NCBI GenBank assembly: GCA_001724265.1
Contig: MEDY01000004.1
Location: 186,001-250,000 of the forward strand
From: Rhizaria sp. SCN 62-66
Lineage: Eukaryota
Reading direction: 5' to 3'
Length of the DNA: 64,000 nt
The notes below the pieces were generated by a model. That model was not told where the DNA came from. It saw nothing but the letters and a program-made list of their open reading frames with translations, and did not search any database. The stretch's first letter is position 1. The number at the start of each line of letters is the position of its first letter. Below, one piece after another: positions 23,336-35,975 of the stretch. The translations under genes were made by a program, and so were the position numbers.

Positions 23336-25161
23336 TTACTGCGTGGTGCCGATCTGACGCGCGGTCTCGAGCACGGCGGTGACATAGCCCACGGCAACGG
23401 TCTCATCGTCCCTGCGCAGCGAGAAGCGCGCGATCTCGGGGAACTCGCCGATGGGCTGCAGCAGCGCGAGCCCCTGGTCGAGGACGGTGAACTCGACGAT
23501 CGCGGTCGCGCCGGAGGGCACGAAGCGCGGCGGGCGCGCGACGCGCGAGCCGTGCTCATCAAGCTGCGCAACAAGCTTTGCCACGGCAACAGGGCCCTTG
23601 AAGGCGGCCGAGTGCAGCACTGCGATGGAGCCCGGGAGCATGGGGACCTTCTTGCGCGCCTGCTCGGCGATGATCTGCGCCTCGAAGCGCGTCACCACGG
23701 GCACCACCTGCGCGGCGGAGGACTCGACCGAGAGCTCGCACAGCACGGCACCCGGGCGCAGCGCCGCGTCGGGGCACTGTACCTTAAGCTCGACGTCGTC
23801 GCCCGCGAGCGCGAGCTGGACAGTCTCGCCGTTGCGCGTGATGGTCTGCACCTTGACGGGCACAGCGCCCGGGGACAGCATTACGGTCTCGCCCGCGGCC
23901 ACGGCGCCCGCGCAGACCTTGCCGCGCACGCAGCCCGGGTACGCGTCGGCAGCGACGAGGCGGAAAGGGGCGGACACGCGGCGCGCGGGCGGCTGCAGGG
24001 CGTCAACGGCCGCGAGCAGCGAGGGGCCCGTGTACCAGGCCTTGAGCTCCTCAGGCGCGGGCGACGCGGCGGAGAGGTTGTCGCCGCGCATGGCCGACAC
24101 GGGCACGAACGACACGCGCGCGTCGTCGAAGCCAATCGAAGTGAGGTAGGGACGCACGTGGCCCTCAATCTCGTCGAAACGCGCGCGCGAGAAGGGCTCC
24201 TGCGGGAATGCGTCGAGTTTGTTGACGACGACGACCATCTGCGTGATGCCGAGCGACTGCGCTAGACGCGCGTGCTCCTTGGTCTGCCCCTCGAGCAGGA
24301 AGCCGGCCTCGAACTCGCCCGGCAGCGCGGAGACTACAAGCAGCGCGGCATCGGCGCGCACAGCGCCAGAGACCATGTTGGGCACGAAGTCGCGGTGGCC
24401 GGGGCAGTCGAGCACGGTGACGCGGAGGTTCTCGGTCTCGAACCAGTTGCTGCCGACGTCAACGGTCACGCCGCGGCGGCGCTCTTCCTCGTTCTCGTCC
24501 AGCAGGTACGCAAGCGCAAACGACGGCTTGCCGTGCTCCACACTTGCCTTCTCCGCCTTACGCGCGTCCTTCTGCGTGAAGCGGCCCTGCTTGAGCAGCA
24601 GGTGACCAACCAGCGTGCTCTTGCCAGAGTCGACGTGGCCCACAACAGCCATGTGCACGTTAGGCTTCTCAGTGGTCGTACCGTCAACGGCGCCAGCGGT
24701 AACCTTGGCAAGCGCTGCGGCCTTGTCAGCAAGCTGGCTCGCAATCGCGGCCTTTGAGATAGAGTTAGAGGAAACAGCCTCGAGCGACGGGGCTGCTAGA
24801 GGTGTCGCGGGCGCCAGAGCCTTGTTGTCCTGTGTAGCACTCGCAGTGGACGAAGCTGCAGACGGGGTCTGCGAGGCGAGCTTGGAGGCAGCAGTAGCCT
24901 TGGTGGGCGTCTGCGCGGCAGTGGCCTGCTTCGGCTGTGCAGGCTTCGCGGCCGCCTTGGCAGCAGGCTTCTTAGGAGCAGTCTTCTTCTGCACGACACC
25001 ATAGTCGTCTCCATAGCCTTCGTCATCATCATCTAGGTTATGAAGTTTAAGAGCGAGTTGAAGGTATGAGGGTAGGTCTTGTATATCATTTCGCTAGATA
25101 GGAGCACAACGTGAATTGTTTGAAACGTACAGTAGTCGTCGTAGTCGTCGTAATGAGACAT
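23336..25161 (-). CDS. HBS1: HBS1-like translational GTPase (ribosome rescue, Pelota/Dom34 partner); exons 25161-25131, 25032-23336
   Basis: GHVDSGKST, GKPSFALAYLLDENEEERRRGVTVDV (HBS1-type), DCPGHRDF, GQTKEHA, VNKLD, C-terminal ARFSLRRDDETVAVG. Intron 25130-25033 is GTACGT...TAG; ends in TAA. Confidence 0.9.
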
Positions 25162-25648
25162 AGTTTCCTGAGGGCGAAGAGGGTTTCGTAGGGAGAGAAA
25201 TGGCGTGTTAGCAATAAATTCAGCCAATGTGAAAACAAGTTTCGAATTAAATGAAACAAAATTCATTCAAAAAGTCGTACGAAACCTTTATACAACGATG
25301 TCTTATGTCGATCGAGGTGCAACAAATAATACTCGAGCTCGCCTGCCCAATCACCACAATTTGCTTTCGACCCGTTAGCCATGTCACGAGCCTACATCCC
25401 ACAAAACTAAGTCGTGTTGCATGTACTCGTGGCCAACAGGTACTTGCAACGAGAATAATACAGGTTACACCTATCATAGATCACAAGTCGAAATAACTTT
25501 TACTCAGGATATCGTTTATGCTACAAACAAGAGTCGCTAATAATTGTGATGTTAGCATGCACTAATTCGAAAGCAACTTGCGTCCGAGGATATAATAACA
25601 AAACTGTATAAACATAGTTCTAGATAGTTTCAAAGTTTAGATCACATT

Positions 25649-28600
25649 TTACATGTTCATCATGTACTTGCGCAGCGCGAGCGCCGAGAGTTGCGCAGTC
25701 GACAGCGTTTGCACATCCTTGGCCGCGATGCCTTTGTCTGTCGCTGTCGCACCCGCAGCCAGCGTTGAAGACTGCGCGCTACCTGCGGGCATACTGTTAA
25801 CAAGTGCAAGACCGGCCGTGCGCGCTGCAGTTGCAACGCGCCGGACGTTGCCACGCGCTGTATTGTTCCGCCCCAACGCAGCGTGCTGCTGACTCGCAGC
25901 GGCAGCGGCTTCGGCAGCGTCGCGCTTGGCAACATGTTGCGCATACTGGCCCGGCGTGATGATAGCAATGGCGGGCGCCGTAGCTTCCACCGCAACCCAG
26001 CGCGCATCCCCCACACCGTTGGTCCCAACAACACGCGCCGTCTGCGCCCGTGTATCCACAGCGCCAGCCGTCGCCGTCGCCGCGAGCGTAGCCAAGTGCG
26101 CCGCGACCGCAGTCCCACGCGCACCAATCGCCGTCCCGGTGACCCTGCCGCTCGCCGCAGCCGCCGCACGCGTGGCGCGCTCGCGGGCTCTGGCCTCGGC
26201 CGCAGCCTGCTGCTGCTCGACGCGCTGCAGCCCTTCGTCCAGCGCAGCGCGCAGCAAGTCGAGCGAGCGCCGCTGCCGTTCCCAGCCCCACTGTAGCTGC
26301 AGCAGCCGCGCAAGCCGCGCCTGATCGGTGGGGCCCAGCGCGACAGCGAGTGCGCCGTTGGTCGGCGCCGGGTGCGGTGCGCGCAGCGGCAGGAAGCGAC
26401 CGGGCACCGAAGGCAACAACCCTGTCGACGCGGGGACCGCGGCGCGCTCGACGATGAGCTCGCCGTTGGGACCGACACGTGTGCGCGGCAGGGCGGGTCC
26501 AGCTGCAGCGCGGGTGGCCGCGGGGAAGCGCGCAAAGAGTGTGAGGTGCGCAGGCGGCAACAGCGGCTCGGTGATGCCACCAGCAACTGCGGCGGTGAGC
26601 GGCCGTGCCGGAACGATGGCGTAATCGTAGGCGTACAAAGAGCCGTTGCTCGCGCCAAGCACGGCGTTAACCGCGGGGGCAGACAGCCCCGCGCCGGTGC
26701 CCGGTCGGCGACCGCGACGCGACGTGCCAGTCAGACCAAGCGCGCCGCGCGCTCCCGCCGAGCCGGGGGCGTGGTAGCCCGCGGCGTCGAGCGCGTCACT
26801 GTTGAATTGCGCGTTGTATCCCAGTTCAGCAGAGTCAGCTCCACGACCGCCCTCGGCCTCGCCCGCGACGGCACCGCCCTTGCCAGCGAGCGGCAGCAGC
26901 ATAAGTCCTGAGGCAGCCGGCGCGCGGCCCTGGTCGCCGAAGCGCAGCAGCAGGTCCGCGGCGGGGCCCAGTGCGGCCACGACGCCGTCACGCATGCCGC
27001 GCAGCGCAGCCGCCACGGCAGCGGGGTCGTGCGCGGCTGCCACAGTTGTGCCGAGTCCGCGCGCCGTGCCCCGCGTCGTGCGCCGGCGGCGGTACTGGTT
27101 GCTACCCACATCAGCCTCGGGATCGTCAGGCACTGTGGAGTCAGGCACGTCTTCCAGCGCGCGACGACGGGCCGCGCGCCAGGCTGCCTCGGCCTCAGCG
27201 TCCGCCTCGTCGTCGTACTCGCCTTGCACGGGCGACGGCGGGAGCTCGAACCCCTCGAGTGCAAGGTCCCGGTCCTCTCGGCTGGGCTCGGGCAGGGTGA
27301 GCGTGCAGTCGTCGCCGCAGCGGTAGTTGGGGAAGAGCGTGGCCAGCAGCGCGCGCACAGCGGCCAGGTCGAAGCCCTGCTCGCCGGGGTACCAGATTGT
27401 CCAGTCTTCGAGCGGCACCACGGGCGCGAACGGCGCCATAGCGGGCTGCCGCCCGCACAGCTCCGCGTACCACTCGTGGTCGCGCCGCATCGTCACGGCA
27501 TAGCGTTCGCCGTCGACAGTGAGTGCCTCACGATACAGTGCGAAAAGCGACAAGAGCAGCCGCCTCATCGCCGAGGTGACTGTAACAAGCGCGCCGATCG
27601 CTTGCGCCAGTCCCGCGCCTGCAGCACGCCGTTCCTCAGCAGCTGCAGTCGCCGCCGCAGGCGTAGGCGCGGACGCGGGCGGAGCGCGGAGTCGCGCGTC
27701 AAGCGTTTCAGCCTGTCTCAACAGTGCTCGGCGCAGCAGTACAACGTCCGCACAATGCTCCCAAGCCTCAAGCGCACCGGATAGTAACGGCGCAAAGGCG
27801 GAGAGCGAGAACTTGGCCACGCAGGCAAGCCGCTCTTCGACGGGTGTGGCAAAGAAGTCCCACACACGCTGCAGCCGGTCCAACAGCGTTGACTTAAACG
27901 CACTCTCAGCCTCAGCCGCGGCGGCAGAGGCGCGCGATGCGGCCTCTGCAGCAGCACGTCGCTCCTCGGGGGTAAGTCCATCGTCGCTGCCGTCGCCATC
28001 GCTGGCAGCGTCATCATCGGCGGCCAGCACACCAAGGCGGTCCGCGGCAACCAACGCACCGGTGGCGGTAGACGCGCCGTGCATCGCCGACGACCATGGC
28101 GTCACGAGCCCATGATACAGCGGCGCGGCCTCGGTGCGTCCACGCGTGACCACCAGCTGCTCACAGTCGGCACCGTCGTCGCCGTCGCTCCCGTCGCCGC
28201 GACGCCGGCGCCGCGCCGTGACTTCGGCGTCGCCGGCCTCTGCAGCGCGGCCACCGATGGCGGTCGCGGCGGCGCGGGCCAGCATCGCAGCCGCCTCGCG
28301 TGCAGATGACCGGCGCGCGGACCACTTACGGCCGCGGCGGCGGCGCCTGTGCGGGGAGCCCACGCCACCGTCGTCACTGGCCGCGCCGTCATCGCTGCGG
28401 CTATCACCACCGCCGTCATCACTGCTGCTCGTACGCAGGAAGCCGTCGTCAACGAGCCAGTCGCCGCGACGCCCGCCACCACGCTCGCGGTCCGCGCGGC
28501 GGCCGCGGCGCGCGTCGGGCGAGTCCGAGTCTGAGTCCCAGTCGCCGCCGCGGAAGCGCCCAGCGCTGTCTAGATCGCCGCGGGAGCCGGTGCGCGTTGA

Positions 28601-31600
28601 GGGGCCGTCCGTCGCACCGCCGGCCGCAGTCGACGCCGCGCCACTGCGACCACCAGCAGCAGTCTCGACACCCGCAGCACCTGCAGCAGCAGCACCTGCA
28701 GCAGGGGAGGTGTCTGACTTAGAGTCGGACAGGGAGTCGCGCTCTGAGATAACACTGAGCCCGCTGCGGCCATGCCTCGTGTGCGGAGTATCGTCGCCGT
28801 GGGCATCGACGCCATCGTCGTCGCCGGAGGGCGCAGACTCGGAGTCCGCCCCGTCGCCGTGTTTTGCGCCACGGCGACCGGAGCTACCATCTCCGCTCTT
28901 GCCTCGACCCTTGCCTGTAGCGGACTTGGCGGCGGCTGCCTCGCGCAAGCGGCGTTCATTCTGCTGCTGCGCAGCCTTGCGAGCCTCAGCGGCGCGTTGC
29001 TTGCGTTCGGCTTCCTTGCCGTCCGTGTTCGCGCGCTCTGCGGCGGCACCGCGCTGGCGTCGCGCCTCGGCGGCCTCGGCACCATGGCGGCGCTCAGTAT
29101 TACCCCAGTCGCCGCCGCGCGCGCCCTCGCCCTTGCCGCCGCGACGGCCCTTGCGGCCACCCTCACCTTCATCGCCGTCGTCATCGTCGCTACCACTGCG
29201 CCCCCCGTCAGCGTCAGCCCTGCCCTTCCCCGCCTTATCGCGTGACGGCTTGCCCGCAGCACCGGCACCCGCCGCGGCAGCGCGTGCCTTGGCAAGCGCG
29301 CCAGTGACAGTGCCACGGCGGCGACGAGCCTGCTGCCCTGGCGCGCGCGTAGGCGGGCGCACAAGATCGGGGATCAGCGCAGCAATGACTGCGGCAGGCA
29401 CAGTGCTGGGCTCGTCCGCGCTGCCGCCTGCGCGCGCGGCCGCGGCGGCGAGTGTGCGGAACAGCGCCGTCAGCGCCACAGCTGTGGTGCGCACGAAGCC
29501 GCAGTGGTGCGGGCGCACGTAGACCGAGAGCCGGCCCGCTGTCGTGAGCGCAGTGCCGTCACTGCCCACGGCGCCGGCGCCGGAGCCCGCGCCGGGTTGC
29601 GCCGCGGTAGAGTGCGCCGAGGCTAGGCCCAGCAGAATCTCGAGACTGGGCGAGTAGCCAGAGCCAGCGGCCGTGGCACGCGAGAGCGGCGGAATGCCCA
29701 GCGTGATGACGCCGCCACCAGGCGCCATGCGCGTGACCGAGGCCACCGCGCCCGCGCCGGTCGCGTTGCCACCTGCGCCGCTGCCGCCAGAGCCCGCGCC
29801 GCCGCGCGCTGCGCCGCCACCCTGAGTCTGGCTGCGGTGGGCGGAAGCCTGCGCGGCGCGTGCAGCTGCGGCTGCAGCCTTGGAGCCGGGACGCGGGAGC
29901 TCGCGCACGTCGAACGGATACTGCGCAAGGGGGCGATAAGCGACCGATGAAGACAGTGTATCAGCAAAGAAGAGGCATGATTGCGCCTCACCAGGACCCA
30001 GCGAGAGCGCAAGTCCAATGCGCAGACTCGCGGCTAGCGCGGCCGACGACGGCGCCGCGGCGACCGCGCCAGCGGGCAGCGACGAAGCAGTGAACACAGG
30101 TGCGCCCGCGGGGCCAAGCAGCAGGCGCGCAAGTGTCTGATGCGGCAGCGACGAGAGCGGGCCCGCGTCAGCAGCGTCGGGGTCCGTCAGCGCGGCCAGG
30201 AACGAGTCCGCGGCGGGCGGGCGCTGGTTCGCGAGCTGCACGCGTTGCACGGCGTCAGCGCGCAGCTTGACGGCGTATGAGTAATCGAAGCCATCGGAGA
30301 AGCAGAGCTCCTTGTGCAAGTCTGCGGGCGGCGCGGGTAGCAGCGGCAGCAACCAAGGCGAAGGAACGAGGAAGCCCGGCGCGGGCAGCAGAGCAAACGC
30401 GTCTTGAGTAATTACCTGCGACGGCTGCAGCGGCGTGAGCTTGAGGTGCGCGTTGACGTCGCTAAAGTCGCGCAGACCGTCGAACGACGGGAAGATGTCC
30501 ACGTTGCCGGGCGCGTCCGCCGCCGCCACTATCGGCACGCGCGACTCTAGCGGTGTGCGGAACATGCGGATCTGTCCCGCCGCGGCCGCGCTCGCGGTCG
30601 CAGCATCGGCAGCATCATCCGTAGCGTCCTCGGCCTTAATGGCGGCGTTGGCCCAGCCACTGTTGCCTTCGCTGTCGCCGCCAGTGTTAAGTGGGGCTCT
30701 AGTGCCGCGGCGATGCATTGCCCACGCCGCGCCGGTCGCCGTGCTGCCGCCCAGCACGGGGCCCGCGGGCGCCGGAGCAGACGCAAAGCCGGCGCGCACG
30801 ACGGCGGTCACACTCGTCGCCGGGCCCGTGAGGGCAGGCGTGGCAGAGCCGAGCACGGAGCTGGGGCGTGACGTGGCGGCACTGTTGTCGGCGGTGTTGT
30901 TGTCGTACCAGTCCGCACAGTCCTCGCGATTATCGCGATCATCTTCGTCGTCATCTTCCGGCTTGTCTTTCTCTGGCACAGTGGGACTGGCTTCAGCCCC
31001 GTCCGCTGCCGTCGGCGTCGCCGTGCTCGCGCGGGGCCCCGCGTTGAGCGCGGCGGTCATACGCGCCATCAGGCCCAGCGACGGCAGCTCGCCTCCGGAG
31101 CCGCCGCCGCCGCTGCTGGGGGCGGCCACCACGGCGCTGGTTGCAGCCGCAGACGCGGTTCCGGGGCGGGAGCCGCTGCCGCTGCCTGGAACCGCCGCTG
31201 CGGCGGCAGCAGCAGCAGCAGCAGTCGCCGCCGCAACAGCTGCCGGGTTCGCGGGCGCAATGCGCTGCGCGGCGCGGAGCTCCCAGCCCTCCCAGACGCG
31301 GTGCATCGCGGCGGCGTCCGCGGCCAGTGATGCCGTAGCCGCCAGCGCCGTGGCTGAGATAGCCGCCTGCGCGGGCGTCACCGGCGTGGGCGGGATCGCG
31401 CCGCCAGCGCTGGCGTCGGCGTCAGAGCCGGAGCGGGCTGACGGCGGCTGCGTGGGATCGAAGGGGGCGCGCACGGCGGCGCGCTCGGCTGCGGCGACGT
31501 CAAGCCGGTCGTCCTCCTCATCCTCGCCGTAGCCGTGGCGGTGTGCGCCGTCGTAGTCGTACTCGCCGCCGTCGCCCTCACCGTCAGCGCCGTCGTGATC

Positions 31601-34600
31601 GGACCACACAGCGCCGCCGTCGCCCTCTCCGCGACCACGGCGCTGCCGCGCTGCCGCCGCGCTCGCGAGAGCGGGGTTGTTTGCGGTGCGCGCACGGTGG
31701 TTGAGCGCGGCGACAAGGTTCGCGTAGTCTGCGCGGCCACCGCGGCGAATAAACGCCATGGCGGACGCCAGCGACTTGGTGTCCTTGTCGTCCGCGCCTG
31801 CACCTGTCACAGTGCCGCCATTTGCTGTGACGGTGCCAGCGGCAGTAGCAGTGCGCGGGCCAAGACGAGGGTCGTCGGACATCGTCATGTAGTACCCTAC
31901 TGTCGTGGCTGCACGCGCAGACTGCTGTTGTTGCTGCTGAGCACGCTGGCGCTGGGTCATTGGGCGCTGCACCTGCTGTTGTTGCTGTTGACCGTCATCA
32001 CGTGCAGCAGCCAGCAGGGATCGCGCGGCTGCCTGTGCGCGCGCGTGCCCACCAGTGATACTGTAGTCGTCTTCATCATCCTCGTCGTCATCGTCGTCGT
32101 CGAAGCGACTGCCAGGCGGAGGTAGGGGAAACGGGTCCGCACCGGCGCTCACAGTTGCAGCCGGAAGGTCCAGCGTCTCAAACTAGTCGTCCTCGTCTTC
32201 GCTGCCACCCTCCGCCTCTGTATCGCGAGCGTCAGCAGTTGCACGAGTGGTCGCAGCAGCGTTTGCGGCAGCGGCAGCGTCCGCAGTAGCAGCGGCAGAC
32301 GCTTCGCGTGCGGCCGTGGCAGCGCCCCGACGTACACCGGGGCCGAGGAACCACAGGTTGTTCGTGCCCACGGCGTCGCGGAAGGCCTGTGTAAACGCTG
32401 CGCGCGCGGGCGCACGCGGCTGCACACTACTAACAGAAACGCTCGCGTTCGGGCCACCGGTGATGGCAGCGACGGGCTGGGCCATCGACGACGTCAGGGT
32501 GCCGCGCGGACCGAAGCCGCCGTATGCGCCAGTGCCCACGCGGGGCACAATGTGGCGCCCGCTAGTATTCGAGGTAGACTCACGCTTGTTACGCGTTGAC
32601 GCCGCATCACCATGGGCACTCTTGTCGTCGATGTAGTCATACTCTTCGTCGTCGCAGTCTTCATCACTGTAGTCGCCGTCGTAGTCGTCGTAGTCGTCCT
32701 CTTCGTCACCGTCGCCGTCACCGTCGCCGCGGTCGCTGGCGCGCACGGGCCCGACGCCCAGCGCGCGCATCAGTTCGCGCACGCGTCCGTCTGCGGCTCC
32801 GCGTGCGCGCCGCCGCCTGCGCTCGGCGCCCGCCTTGCGCACGGCCTTCATGCGCGCCGCAACCTCCGGCGGACGGTGCCAGAGCCGGGACGCGGCTTCG
32901 GCGGGCGCGGGCCCAACCTCCACGGCCGGGTCCTCGGCCATCTGCGCGATCACGCGCGCGCGCATCGCCCCGTTGGCGAGCAGCCGCAGCAGCTCCTCCT
33001 TAAGCGCGGCTGCGGAGCGCAGGCGACTGGCGACCTGGTCCGTGACCGCGACGCGGTCGAGCCGGCGCGCGCGGCGCTCGAAGGCGAGCTGCAGCGACCG
33101 CAGACAGGCCTGGATGGCGGCCAAGAACCAGCCGCGCAGCGCGACGCGGTGCGGCCCGCGCAGGCGCGCCGCGAGCGGGTCGCCGCCGTCGTCGGCTCCC
33201 AGCCTCTCGCTCGCACCCGCGCTGCCGCTGCCGGCCGAGCCGGATGCGGTGGGGGGCGTGCCGCCGCCGCGCGCGGACACCGAGCCCGGCGCGCCGGATG
33301 TGGCGGAGCCGCTGAGCCCACGCGCGCGCCGGGCGGCCTCGGCAGAGCCGGCGCGCGATGAGGGCCGGGCTGGGACGCCGCCACGCGCAGTGTCGGACTC
33401 TGAGTTATTGTTAGTAGTCGCGCTGGAGACAGCGGCAGCGGGCAGAGAGGGGGCAAAGCTTGCCGTTTGGCCGGGGCCGGCGGTGGTGTGAACCTGCGGC
33501 AGCGAGCTGAGCGCGGCCGGGCGTGCGCCGGGGCCGGTGTGGCTGGTGTAGTTGGGCTCGGCCCGCGCAGTCGCAGTTGCCGCAGTAGTCGCAGTCGTCG
33601 CCGCAGCATTCCCACCCGCTGCCGCAGCCGCTGCTGCCGCCCGCGCGGCGGCTGCGGCGGGAAGCGCGAGGTGCCTGGCGGCGCGACCACGCTTGATCTC
33701 GAGCCAGCTGGGCGCGTCCTCGGGCTCCGCGGCGGAGAAGTCGTGGAACACGCGCGCCGCCGCCGGGTCGCGGCACAGCGCGCGGTGCAGCGCGCCCAGG
33801 GAAGGAAAGCCCAGCAGGTGCAACCAGAAGGCGGCCGCCGCGGCGGGCGACCGCGGGACCGCGCTGGGGTCCAGACTGGGCACCGCGGCAGAGGCGCCTG
33901 CGACGGCGGAGGCGGTGACAGCGCTCGACGCGGGGGCCGCTCCTCCAGTGCCGGCGCGCGCTTGCGTCGCACGCTGCTGCTGTTGGGCCTGTTGCTGTGC
34001 GTACGCGCCGCCGCCCAGCGCCGCAACAGCGGTGCCCGTGGCATTGCGGGCTAACGCGCCGGCGACGTTCTGCGGGCCGAAGGCCGACACGCGCGGCGGG
34101 GCCGCTGACAGCGCCGCCGCGGCTGCCGCGGAGGGCAGCAGCCCGCGCGAGGGCGCTTGCGCAGCCCCGTGGTCGCCCGCGCCCTCGTACACGTTCCCTG
34201 TCGCGGGGTTGCTCGCGCTGGTAAAGTTGGGCGGAGGGCACAGCGCCGTGGCAAGGTTCTCGCGCGTGAGCCGCAGCCCCGCGACCGAGGGCGCGGCCGT
34301 GCGGCTGCGCGCCAGCAGGTCCAGCTCCAGCGCGGCCGCGGGCGGCAGCGGGCCCGACCCGGCGGCTGCCGCGGAGGCCACGGCGGCGGCGCGGCGGCGC
34401 GCGGCCGAATGAGCGCGCTCAAGCGAGGCGGCGGCGGCGGAGGCGGCAAGCAGCGCGTCGGAGCGGCGCACCTGTTCATGCGTCTGTGCGCGCAGGGCGT
34501 CCAGCCGTGCGGCGGACGAGAACGCGTCGCTGGACCCAATGCCGCCGTTCGAGGCCGCCGCAGATGACGCGCCCGCAGAGTCACCACTTGTCCCAGAGCC

Positions 34601-35434
34601 AGAGCCAGGGACGGATCCAGGACCACGAGAGCCTGAGATTGAAGAGTTGGCGTTCGCTGCAGAGAGCGCAGCCGCGGAGTCGTACACAAGCGCCGGTGCG
34701 GCGTGCGCGGCGACAAGTTCCATCGCGCTGGGCCCCGCCGGCCCACGTGCGTTGGCATTGCTGCTGCTCGCTTCGCTGGCGCCCCAGCCGCCGGAGGAGG
34801 CCGACGATGTCGTATTCGGAGCAGTAGGGTAGCTCGTGGCAGAGCCGGGAAGCGCCGAGGGCGGATGCACGCACTCGTTCTTAAGAAGCAAGAGCACGCG
34901 CTTCGCGCGCGCGTGCATCAGCGCGTCGGGCGCGACGGGAAACAGCGGTGCCTCGTCGGTGATGTGCTCGCCGACGCCGGGGGCCGCATTTCCGCCGTTG
35001 CTGGCACCGGGGCCCGGAACAGCGGACGGGACGGGGCGCCGGGCCGGGGCGTTGGCGTTCGCGGCGGCCGTGGCAATGATGCGCGCGCGGTTCGCGGCGA
35101 CCTGCGCGCTGGGCAGCGGGTTGGGGCCGTGCAGCAGCAGCGAGCGGTCGACCGTGGCCCACTCGCGCGGGCCGGCGCCGGGCACGGGGGCTTGCTGCGA
35201 AAGGACCTCAGCCTCAATCGCGGCCACCGTGCGCTCCAACGCGGCCGGGTCTGGTGCCGCAGATGGCTCAGAGTAGGCGAAATGGGACTGCGAGGTCGCG
35301 CGGGGCAGCGATGGAGCGTTTGAGATCGACGACCGTGAACTAGGCGGTAGATCACTGCTGGGACTGGCACCCGGCGCCGGGTCAGAAGGAGGCGCCAGCA
35401 GCCACTCAGGCGGCGGGTTGCGCGCCTGAGACAT
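25649..35434 (-). CDS. ~3260-aa protein with a CCDC87-like (MAP65/Ase1-related) C-terminal helical domain; internal TAG at 32185-32183
   Basis: ORFs 35434-32183 and 32152-25649 are in frame and joined by TAG-TTT-GAG-ACG-CTG..., with no AT-rich gap. Segment RLQRVWDFFATPVEERLACVAKFS...LEAWEHCADVVLLRRALL...YREALTVDGERYAVTMRRD (about 27900-27470) resembles the CCDC87 C-terminus; ends in TAA. Confidence 0.65.
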
Positions 35435-35975
35435 GCGTTCTGTAGTTCGAATGACCTGTTTAGAGGTCTGGGTGTCGTTTTGTTAGGAAGTAAACTGGCT
35501 GCGCCGAGAGCGGTTACCCGATTCGAGATGGGCATGGGTTGTGAGGCTATTATGTAGCTTTAACAAACATTATTACATTGGCACATACAAAAAAAGCGAA
35601 AACAGCGTATATTTCTATGGCATTTGATTGGACGATAGGTATTATGAGATATGACACTTCAAACTCTGCAATTTTTGAACTGGCGAGCAGCACATTTTTT
35701 CGGTCGCAGCCCCGTCGCCCGACTCGTCTCTGATCTCACATCTTTGAGTGACGTTTCCTATGCCATCTGACCGTCATGCGAAATGATTTACGTTGAACCT
35801 TTGTGCCAACACGTTTTTACAGCTATATCTCTTTTAACGCACCCCGGTGACTTTGCCTTATCTTTCACGAGACCTGACCTTATTCATCTGTCTGCGGGCA
35901 TGTTTTGCACCACACACTGTTCTCGCCTTTGCAGTTCTAACTCAACCTTAAGCTGTCACTCGCTACGCTGAGTTT

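Noticed and set aside
23336-25161. Translational GTPase as eRF3, which would tie directly to stop-codon reassignment
   Set aside because: The switch-region signature GKPSFALAYLLDE...RGVTVDV is HBS1-type rather than eRF3-type (WYLSW..D...ER.KGKTVEVG).
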